Shown: positions 1 through 6,764, numbered from the stretch's first letter. The stretch: DNA of 7,357 nucleotides from Amoeboradix gromovi X-113 (GCA_018985225.1 JADGIF010000513.1:1-7357); one strand, 5' to 3'. Translations and numbers: made by a program. Notes: generated by a model not told the origin, from the letters alone.

Positions 1-119
1 TTACCAAATAGAGCCCAAAGAAGCTTATGTCCTTTACAAGGAGTTTCCTCGTTGATTTCCTTCAGTAAATTTGTTTCTGCGTGCAGTATAAGTTGAGTTT
101 TATTGTAAGTTACCTTTAT

Positions 120-1037
120 TTATTTTCGCATCAATGGTTCTTGTGAGTTTGCAAATGAACTGCTTCCAGTTTGTCCACCTGCAAAATACTCGCTTTTCTT
201 TTTCTGAATGTCATCGTCATCTCTCACAAATTCAACTTCCTGTTGATTTAATGAGTCCCAGTACTTGTAAATCATCATAACAGACAGCAAATTGAACACA
301 GTAGAAAAGAAGATACCATCTACATAATGGTTTCCATTTTGAGTGCAAATACCTGAGGATGTTACCAACATTATCAAAGAAATGGCAAAAAAGGTAATAC
401 CAAATCCAAGAATACCCAACAAATACTTATCAGAAGTTTTAGCTAGTACTACATATATCTGGCTGATCAAGGTTAGAGTAACAAAGATAATGTTTGTAAC
501 TACAAAGAACACAAACACAATAGCCGGACTTTGAGATTTGAAAGGTCCTGCACTGAAAGCTGTGAGTATGCAGATTACACTGACGACAAAACCAATAACC
601 GAGGTGGTAATATATGACATGATTCTCAGATCTTCGATATTGAATAAAGGCATCATTCCAAGAACCAAAATAGACCAGAACAATGCATTCCAGACTCCAA
701 TCTGAAATCCAACAAACACTTTATAAGCCGCATTGGTGACAGGGATGATATGGCCCAACAGAAAGAGGTCAAAAACTGTGGAAACAAGATAAAGCGACAT
801 GATTAACAACATCTGCTTTCTAGAGGGACCCCATTGCTTGAAATTGGTCTGATATATCATAAACGCGACACTAAGGAAGACTATAATATGGAGAAACAAG
901 GTGGATGGATTGAAAATCAGTTTACCATTTGAATCTGCATTTCTGGAGTAGCATACTGGGATATTACTTTCGAGAGTGTCCCCGTATACGGAGCATAGCG
1001 ACAAAGCAACTTTAGAACAAATACCGTTGAAGCTCAT
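120..1037 (-). CDS. CHS7: Chitin synthase export chaperone (Chs7 family, multi-pass ER membrane protein)
   Basis: 305-aa ATG-TAA ORF with about 7 hydrophobic segments. It shows the Chs7 hallmarks: N-terminal F..IC....LSLC and P.CYSRN, and C-terminal IC.....HYVDGIFFSTVFNLLSVMMIYKYWDSL....EF (family consensus about HYLDGLFFAT.CNLLAVMMVYKYWDSIT..DLEF). Confidence 0.92.
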   Translation of the reverse strand: MSFNGICSKVALSLCSVYGDTLESNIPVCYSRNADSNGKLIFNPSTLFLHIIVFLSVAFMIYQTNFKQWGPSRKQMLLIMSLYLVSTVFDLFLLGHIIPVTNAAYKVFVGFQIGVWNALFWSILVLGMMPLFNIEDLRIMSYITTSVIGFVVSVICILTAFSAGPFKSQSPAIVFVFFVVTNIIFVTLTLISQIYVVLAKTSDKYLLGILGFGITFFAISLIMLVTSSGICTQNGNHYVDGIFFSTVFNLLSVMMIYKYWDSLNQQEVEFVRDDDDIQKKKSEYFAGGQTGSSSFANSQEPLMRK

Positions 1038-1177
1038 TCACTTTTCCTTGTTTTACAATGAATGTCAAAACCATTGAGATTTGTGAATTCAAGTGCCGGT
1101 GCAAAGAGATGGAAATTGGAATTTAACTTACGATTTCTTTAAAGTCAAATGGCGAATGCATGCTGCTCCTTCATACC

Positions 1178-1822
1178 ATGAAGATTGTTGCAGTCGGACG
1201 TAATTTTCGAAAGCACGCGTTAGAATTAAATCACCCGATTCCAAAAATACCGTTCTTTTTTCTTAAGCCCGAATCCAGTGTTATATCTAACGGAGAGACT
1301 GTGGTTGCTCCAATTGGTCATCAGCTACATTATGAAGTTGAACTGGCGATTCATGTACAAAGCAGATTGAGTAAATTGAATCGGAACCAGGCTAAAGAGG
1401 TTCTGAGTAAATGCAATTACGGAGTTGCCATTGATTTTACTTTGAGAGATGTCCAAAAAAATGCAATTGAAAGTAAGCTCCCATGGACTTTAGCCAAAGG
1501 TTTAGACACTTTCTGCCCATTATCGGAGGCTATTCCAGGTATTGACCCCGATAATGTGGGGCTATGGCTAAATGTTAACGGCATTGAGAAGCAAAATGGA
1601 GATACAAGTGATCAAATCTTTGACTGTGCGGAACTTCTATCTTATATCACAAATTTCATGACATTAGAACCTAGCGATGTTGTATTGACCGGTACGCCTA
1701 GTGGCGTTGGACCGGTGAAAGATGGAGATGTGGTTACATGCGGATTAGTTTACAAAGATAAAACCATAAATTTAAAGCATCACATTAAGTTTAAAAAATT
1801 TGACTTTCATTTGGTTGAATAA
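1178..1822 (+). CDS. FAHD1: Fumarylacetoacetate hydrolase family protein, FAHD1/Fmp41-type (acylpyruvase / oxaloacetate decarboxylase-tautomerase)
   Basis: Motifs KIVAVGRNF..HA.EL, PFFFLKPESS, HYEVELA, DFTLRDVQ, PWTLAKGLDTFCP and DVVLTGTPSGVG. ATG 1178 (accATG) is preferred because family similarity starts there; an in-frame ATG at 1160 adds MLLLHT. Confidence 0.92.
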   Translation: MKIVAVGRNFRKHALELNHPIPKIPFFFLKPESSVISNGETVVAPIGHQLHYEVELAIHVQSRLSKLNRNQAKEVLSKCNYGVAIDFTLRDVQKNAIESKLPWTLAKGLDTFCPLSEAIPGIDPDNVGLWLNVNGIEKQNGDTSDQIFDCAELLSYITNFMTLEPSDVVLTGTPSGVGPVKDGDVVTCGLVYKDKTINLKHHIKFKKFDFHLVE

Positions 1823-1826
1823 ACAT

Positions 1827-2192
1827 TTACTCGCACTTCTTACTTAAATAAAACAGCTCTTTTTGCATTGCGTTGAATTTGGTGTTTAACTCGTTTAATT
1901 CCAAGTGATAGTCATTCACTAACTCTCTAATGGGGCGAATTTCAGAATCTACTTGACTTCTATTTAATTTGCTCAAGGACAAAGCTTCGATTGCTTGAGA
2001 CATGTGGTCAATTTTATATCTTACATCAGTTAACTGTTTAGCTGAGAGATGCAGATGTTTAGAAGTGTTCAACAGAGATCCTGCGTAAACCTGAAATTCA
2101 TCACTCAAGTAAAAATATCCAAGTGCGCTCATAGTGGTACAGCCGAGAAAATAACTTAGCAGATGAGAGCCAACTCTAGACGTGTGGGACAT
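1827..2192 (-). CDS. Uncharacterised small protein with one N-terminal TM helix and a C-terminal coiled coil, possibly mitochondrial inner membrane
   Basis: 121-aa ATG-TAA ORF. A hydrophobic stretch LLSYFLGCTTMSALGYFYL is followed by DEF and heptad-like helices. It resembles from memory a conserved fungal family with G..GF.LG......GYYYL..EY; localisation is inferred. Confidence 0.72.
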   Translation of the reverse strand: MSHTSRVGSHLLSYFLGCTTMSALGYFYLSDEFQVYAGSLLNTSKHLHLSAKQLTDVRYKIDHMSQAIEALSLSKLNRSQVDSEIRPIRELVNDYHLELNELNTKFNAMQKELFYLSKKCE

Positions 2193-2231
2193 GCTCTACA
2201 AAACTAGACTTGGGGTAAAAGCGGAAGACAA
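2191..2231 (-). promoter_or_regulatory. Copy A of a shared ATG-proximal element
   Basis: Sense strand reads TTGTCTTCCGCTTTTACCCCAAGTCTAGTTTTGTAGAGCAT(G). It aligns with 6723-6764 at 32/42 columns (one gap) and runs into the start codon at 2192. Confidence 0.5.
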
Positions 2232-2627
2232 ACGACCGATGCTCCATCAAAACGGCAGTCGAACAGATAGAATATAAATCATATTAGAATATTTCACTCA
2301 CATATGATTTTCAAATGCAGCATATACTTGTGTTTAGAAAGATATGGCTGCGAGTGTGATAAAGCAATAGGGAAAAACGACTTAAAAAGTGGTTTACCAT
2401 AGTAGCGGCAGCTATATGCGCAATAATAACCACTGCAAAATCCTAATAATGAGATCGATGTATTTAAGTGATACAAAAGCATTGCTTTGCCTAATCCTGA
2501 GTTTACCGCCCATGAATAGGAAGCTGGAAACACGCCTAGAGAGTAACCAATAATATATGATGTCTTTCTATTTGAGTAGTGCTGCCCTTTGGAGTTTCAG
2601 TGTCTTAGTCAATGATTTCCAAACTGT

Positions 2628-2685
2628 ATTGGTCGATATGGTTTGGATATTGATTGGTGACTATTGATTGGCATAAGGTGATTGG
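2628..2685. promoter_or_regulatory. CCAAT-box cluster (NF-Y / Hap2-3-5 type sites, reverse orientation)
   Basis: TGATTGG (= CCAATCA) at 2651, 2665 and 2679, plus ATTGG at 2628. All lie 25-82 nt upstream of the Sel1 gene ATG at 2710. Confidence 0.6.
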
Positions 2686-2709
2686 TTATGCATCCTATTA
2701 ACTGTTGAA

Positions 2710-4056
2710 ATGCCAAAGGTTCTGCGTTCTACTAACACAATGAAAGAAGTAACTCAAAGAAAAAGAGTGTCTGTTAAGTCGCCTTATTGCGCTACGACAT
2801 ATGAAGAAATTTATTATTTAAATTCTGATGATCTGTTCAGTTTAGCAAGTATTTATTTATTTGACTCAGAGTCCAAAAATTTAAGGAAAGGGTTTGCATA
2901 TATGAGACAAGCTTCTAAACTTAATCATCTAGAAGCCACTGCAATCACAGGATTTCTATGTGAATTTGGAATCGGTTGTAAAATGTCATACCTGCTCTCA
3001 GAGAAATACTATCTGCTGGCCGCCAAACGAGGACATGGACTTGGAATGGCTAGATTAAGTTCCTTGTATAGATATGGTAGACCGCTTGTTAAGATCAGTC
3101 GAGCGCTTTCTGAGAAATACCTTGCCGCAGTCAAATTAGCTGGAAAAGAAACAATTAGTTGGATTTATTCTGCAGCTGAAGACTATTCTGAACCCTCTGC
3201 TCAGTACGTTTTAGGAACATTTTACCATGACGGAATTTATTTCAATAAAGACGAAGTCGAGGCTGTTAAATGGTACACGTTATCTGCCAACGCAGAGCAT
3301 CCTAGGGGTGAAGGCATATTAGGATATTGCTACGGTGAGTCTGTTGGTCTTGAAAAAGACGTTCAAAAGGCTCTTCATTATTATACTAAAGCAGCAGAAA
3401 AACAAGAAACTGTGGCAATGTACAACATCGGCTATTATATGGAAGAAGGCATATCAGGAAAAAAAGACATGAAAAAGGCAATATATTGGTATAAAGAAGC
3501 TGCAAAAAGAGGAAACGCTCTGGCCTGTAATTCATTAGGGTATATGCATGAAGAAGGGAATGGTGTGGAGAAAGACTATGCACAAGCTAAAGAGTATTAT
3601 TACAAAGCTGCTATGGCTGGTAATGCTTGGGGTAGCCATAATTTAGGATACCTGTATTCAATGGGATATGGTGTTGAGCAAGACATGAACATGGCGATTT
3701 TTTACTACAAAAAGGCTGCTTTGCAGGGTCATTCTGGTGCTCAAAACAAACTCGGGTATTATTACTCTAACGGTGTAGCTGGCATTGATAAAAATGAGAA
3801 AATCGGGGTTTTTTGGTATCTGATTGCTGCTGAACAAGATTTGGGGACTGCCCAAGTCAACTTAGCTTATTGCTTTGAGCGCGGTTGTGGTGTCGATATA
3901 GATCTTGAGAAGGCAATTTACTGGCTAGAAAAGGCTAGTCGTCAAAGCGACTCTCGCCAAAACGTGGAACAATGGCTAGCTTCACTAGTTATGAGATTAT
4001 GCTTGCATCGAGGAACTTATAGCATGCATTCTCATATGCTAGCATCTGCAGCATAG
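2710..4056 (+). CDS. Sel1-like repeat (SLR/HCP-like) protein
   Basis: 448-aa ATG-TAG ORF with about 8-9 repeats of ~36 aa matching A...LG..Y..G.GV..D...A..WY..AA..G (e.g. GSHNLGYLYSMGYGVEQDMNMAIFYYKKAALQG). Alternative start ATG at 2740. No signal peptide, TM anchor or CAAX box is visible. Confidence 0.9.
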   Translation: MPKVLRSTNTMKEVTQRKRVSVKSPYCATTYEEIYYLNSDDLFSLASIYLFDSESKNLRKGFAYMRQASKLNHLEATAITGFLCEFGIGCKMSYLLSEKYYLLAAKRGHGLGMARLSSLYRYGRPLVKISRALSEKYLAAVKLAGKETISWIYSAAEDYSEPSAQYVLGTFYHDGIYFNKDEVEAVKWYTLSANAEHPRGEGILGYCYGESVGLEKDVQKALHYYTKAAEKQETVAMYNIGYYMEEGISGKKDMKKAIYWYKEAAKRGNALACNSLGYMHEEGNGVEKDYAQAKEYYYKAAMAGNAWGSHNLGYLYSMGYGVEQDMNMAIFYYKKAALQGHSGAQNKLGYYYSNGVAGIDKNEKIGVFWYLIAAEQDLGTAQVNLAYCFERGCGVDIDLEKAIYWLEKASRQSDSRQNVEQWLASLVMRLCLHRGTYSMHSHMLASAA

Positions 4057-4092
4057 CTTTAACTAATTAATAAATATATAATAATTTACTAT

Positions 4093-6378
4093 TTATTGCT
4101 CTTTTTTTGTATCTTCCTTTAAATCCACAGTCTTGTTTACTACCAAGGTGCAATTTTGCAGCTCTTGCTCCCATTTCTCAACCATTTTTTCATTCTTAAA
4201 TAAACAACTGAAATCACTGCTTGGGTCTACTTGATAATACCCTATTCTTACAAATTGGAATTTTAAGTTTTCTACGAATGCATAGTTTTCATCCATTGCT
4301 ATTCCTGTACATGGTTTATAACTTTTGCAGTTTTTATTCTTTCTGATTAGCTCCAACAGAGGGGTTTTGTCCATAAATCCATTGCACCTTACTAGCTCAA
4401 CTAGACCTGTACTGTTATTGCTATACTGATAATTATTAATCAATACGTTTAGCTTGTTATCATTTGTTAACCATTGAATGTATGATTTGGGCTTGCTATA
4501 GGGAATATCTGGACATGGATTGTGTAATGATGGGTCATCGTATCTGCACTCTAAGAAATCTCCTGAACATCTAATGCATGTAATGCTGTATTTTACTTGC
4601 AATAGTCCGCACGAATGTCCTAGTCTAAGGCGGTAGAACGATTCATCAGCTGTAGCATTAAAATCGCATCTATTTATGTAAATAGTGCTAGGCAAACTAG
4701 AGTCACCATTTAAATTGACTAGGCTAATCTTTATTGGATCATCTAGTGCATAGCACCGAGTACTAGAGCGATTTAGATCATCTCGAACCACTTTATCAAA
4801 TCTGTTCTGTTCTATAACTGTTAGTGCTGTAGTAACTCCCAGCTGTCTAACAAATTGGTTAATGCTGCAAGCTAATATACCTCTACGCCTCAATGCGATT
4901 AAAGTGAAGAGTCTGGGGTCATCCCAATTAATTCGATTAGATTTCACTATTTCGGCCACTTTGCGTTTACTAGTCAAGGTACCAGTGATATTTAGTCTAC
5001 CGTATTCCCATTGAACAGGCTTATACAACTTTAATTGGTCTAATAGCCAGTAATATGACTCTCTAGCATGAACGAATTCAGTAGTACATAAAGAATGAGT
5101 TATATTCTCAATCGAGTCACAGATAGGGTGAGTGAAGTCATATGTAGGATATATGACCCATTTGTTACCTGTGTTTGGATGACTTTTATGTATAATACGA
5201 TAAGCGACGGGGTCCCAGAAGTACGGGTTGTTACTCTGCATATCCATCTTTAATCTTAAAATAGCTTCGCCTGGTTTATACTGATTGTTTTTCATTTTAT
5301 TGAACTCAATCAGTGATTCAGAAACCGGTCTATTGCGAAATTTTGAGTCAAAACGGGCGCCTTTTAGTTCACCACCGCGTTGCTCATGCATCTCGGTAGC
5401 TGAATCGTGAGAAACATATGCCTTGTCAATTTTAATCAACTTTACAGCCAATTCATATAAAGCATCAAAATTGTCACTGGAGTGAGTTATTTTGAAGGGA
5501 TTGAACCCTAGCCATTTAACCATTTGTAATATACCATCAATGTAGACTTGTTCTTCGGCCTCGGGGTTAGTGTCATCATATCTTAAGTAACATATTCCGT
5601 CATGAACTTTAGCATACCCAAAGTTTATGTTAATGGCTTTGGCATGTCCGATGTGCAAGAAGCCATTAGGCTCAGGAGGGAAGCGAGTGACAACCTTTCC
5701 TTTTGTTTGCTCTAGATGTTTCTGCATTAGTTTATTATCGATTTGAGGGTTCTGTCCAGGTAGGTGCAGCTTGGCGATGTCGCCTTCTAGCAGGAAAGCC
5801 AGAGGGTTAGAAGTATCAGGAGTAGGTTGGTTTGATTCAGCCACAGGTCTCTCATTTATAGCTGCATCTATATTCTTCATGATAGAAGGAATATTAGCGA
5901 ACCTAAAGATTTTATGATTTCTTAGTTCACGAAGGATAAGCGGTTTAATATTAACCACTTGAGGGTTTTTCAGGATGACTTGATTAATAAACTGATTAAT
6001 CTCATCATTAGATAAAGTTAATCCAACACCACATCTTTGCTTGATTTGGATCAACGGCAACCGGGAATAGACAAAAGCAGATGCATCCTCAAAAGAGGTA
6101 ACCTGTGCAGTGTCAAACAGATCTTTATACTCCTTGGTCAGCAAAATTGCTTCATCGATTTGGGCATTACCGCAAATATCATTGTCATGAATTAGTTTTA
6201 CAATTATTAAATGCAAAATGGAAAATGGATATGTTTGAGAACATAGATTGAGAACAGCTTTCGAATTTGAGGGTTTATGAAATTGAATGCTAGAGACTAA
6301 ACATTTAGCTAGCTGTTCGTTTTTTAGAGTCTCTTGTAATTTGGTTTTTGACAACTTGTAGTACGACAAATCACACAT
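4093..6378 (-). CDS. GLN4: Glutaminyl-tRNA synthetase (class I, eukaryotic type with N-terminal appended domain)
   Basis: TRFPPEPNGFLHIGHAKA (HIGH), LRYDDTNPEAEE, IYPTYDFTH..CDSIENITHSLCTTEF, QWEYGRLN, TSKRK, WDDPRLFTL.ALRRRG, KPKSYIQW, FQF.R.GY and a terminal V.LKED. The ORF-track start at 6396 is TTG; the first in-frame ATG is 6378. Confidence 0.96.
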   Translation of the reverse strand: MCDLSYYKLSKTKLQETLKNEQLAKCLVSSIQFHKPSNSKAVLNLCSQTYPFSILHLIIVKLIHDNDICGNAQIDEAILLTKEYKDLFDTAQVTSFEDASAFVYSRLPLIQIKQRCGVGLTLSNDEINQFINQVILKNPQVVNIKPLILRELRNHKIFRFANIPSIMKNIDAAINERPVAESNQPTPDTSNPLAFLLEGDIAKLHLPGQNPQIDNKLMQKHLEQTKGKVVTRFPPEPNGFLHIGHAKAININFGYAKVHDGICYLRYDDTNPEAEEQVYIDGILQMVKWLGFNPFKITHSSDNFDALYELAVKLIKIDKAYVSHDSATEMHEQRGGELKGARFDSKFRNRPVSESLIEFNKMKNNQYKPGEAILRLKMDMQSNNPYFWDPVAYRIIHKSHPNTGNKWVIYPTYDFTHPICDSIENITHSLCTTEFVHARESYYWLLDQLKLYKPVQWEYGRLNITGTLTSKRKVAEIVKSNRINWDDPRLFTLIALRRRGILACSINQFVRQLGVTTALTVIEQNRFDKVVRDDLNRSSTRCYALDDPIKISLVNLNGDSSLPSTIYINRCDFNATADESFYRLRLGHSCGLLQVKYSITCIRCSGDFLECRYDDPSLHNPCPDIPYSKPKSYIQWLTNDNKLNVLINNYQYSNNSTGLVELVRCNGFMDKTPLLELIRKNKNCKSYKPCTGIAMDENYAFVENLKFQFVRIGYYQVDPSSDFSCLFKNEKMVEKWEQELQNCTLVVNKTVDLKEDTKKEQ

Positions 6379-6423
6379 GTTTGAAAGGGAGTTCAAGCTA
6401 AAATTTTGCTAGCACATTACGTA

Positions 6424-6720
6424 TTACTTTTTACTTTTTTTAATCGTTTTCGTACCAGGCTTCTTCTTGGCCGGCGCAGACTTGCCCTTTAAAGCTCTCA
6501 TATTTAATTTCGCTTTCCGCTCTTCCTCATAAAGATCGAAGTACGGTAATCCCAGTGAGTGATTTAGCCTCCGCATTAGAGAAATCTTAGTTTCTATAGG
6601 ATACCATTGTGTTACTTTCTGTCCGATTAACGGTTTCTTCAATACGGACACCCCTGATCTTTTTAAAGATGGAAGGGCATGTTCCCAGAGCTTTGATTGT
6701 AATTTCCAAATATTTGACAT
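6424..6720 (-). CDS. RSM27: Mitochondrial small ribosomal subunit protein mS33 (Rsm27 family)
   Basis: 98-aa basic protein with RSG..VLKKPL.G..V..WYP, D.YEE.R and KGKSAP.KK followed by a Lys-rich tail. This matches the mS33 pattern R.G.K.L...L.GP....YY ... D..E..R.......RGKG.PKK. Confidence 0.85.
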   Translation of the reverse strand: MSNIWKLQSKLWEHALPSLKRSGVSVLKKPLIGQKVTQWYPIETKISLMRRLNHSLGLPYFDLYEEERKAKLNMRALKGKSAPAKKKPGTKTIKKSKK

Positions 6721-6722
6721 GG

Positions 6723-6764
6723 ATGTTCTAGGAATAGTAGACTCGGGTTAAAAGGGGATCACAA
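6723..6764 (-). promoter_or_regulatory. Copy B of a shared ATG-proximal element
   Basis: Sense strand reads TTGTGATCCCCTTTTAACCCGAGTCTACTATTCCTAGAACAT(CC-ATG). It ends 2 nt before the mS33 ATG and is 32/42 identical to 2191-2231. Confidence 0.5.

Noticed and set aside
1-119. Possible 3' end of a plus-strand gene (frame 2 YQIEPKEAYVLYKEFPR, TGA 53-55; or frame 1, TGA 94-96), or CHS7 readthrough on the minus strand
   Set aside because: Too short and truncated by the window edge. Three frames are open and none shows a recognisable motif.
343-534. 63-aa plus-strand ORF
   Set aside because: Antisense shadow inside CHS7 with a non-ATG (GTG) start.
1126-1161. Minus-strand mini-exon MHSPFDFKEI followed by GTAAGT, as an alternative first exon of CHS7
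   Set aside because: The nearby AG acceptors I tested give immediate stops or the wrong frame, and the ORF from 1037 already contains the conserved F..IC start.
2211-2226. CCGCTTTTACC (minus strand) resembling U5 snRNA loop 1 (GCCUUUUAC)
   Set aside because: It mismatches the invariant loop, and no enclosing long stem or Sm site is visible.
2294-2533. 79-aa minus-strand ORF
   Set aside because: GTG start in a eukaryote, no recognisable motif and atypical composition; likely spurious.
3386-3855. Two 65-aa minus-strand ORFs (3386-3583, 3658-3855)
   Set aside because: Antisense shadows inside the Sel1-repeat CDS.
2710-4056. Naming the Sel1 protein CHS4/SKT5 or HRD3
   Set aside because: No CAAX box or Chs4-specific repeat, and no signal peptide or TM anchor as in Hrd3.
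6379-6396. TTG start for GlnRS given by the ORF track
   Set aside because: In a eukaryotic context ATG 6378 is preferred. These codons would be translated only in the hypothetical fusion.
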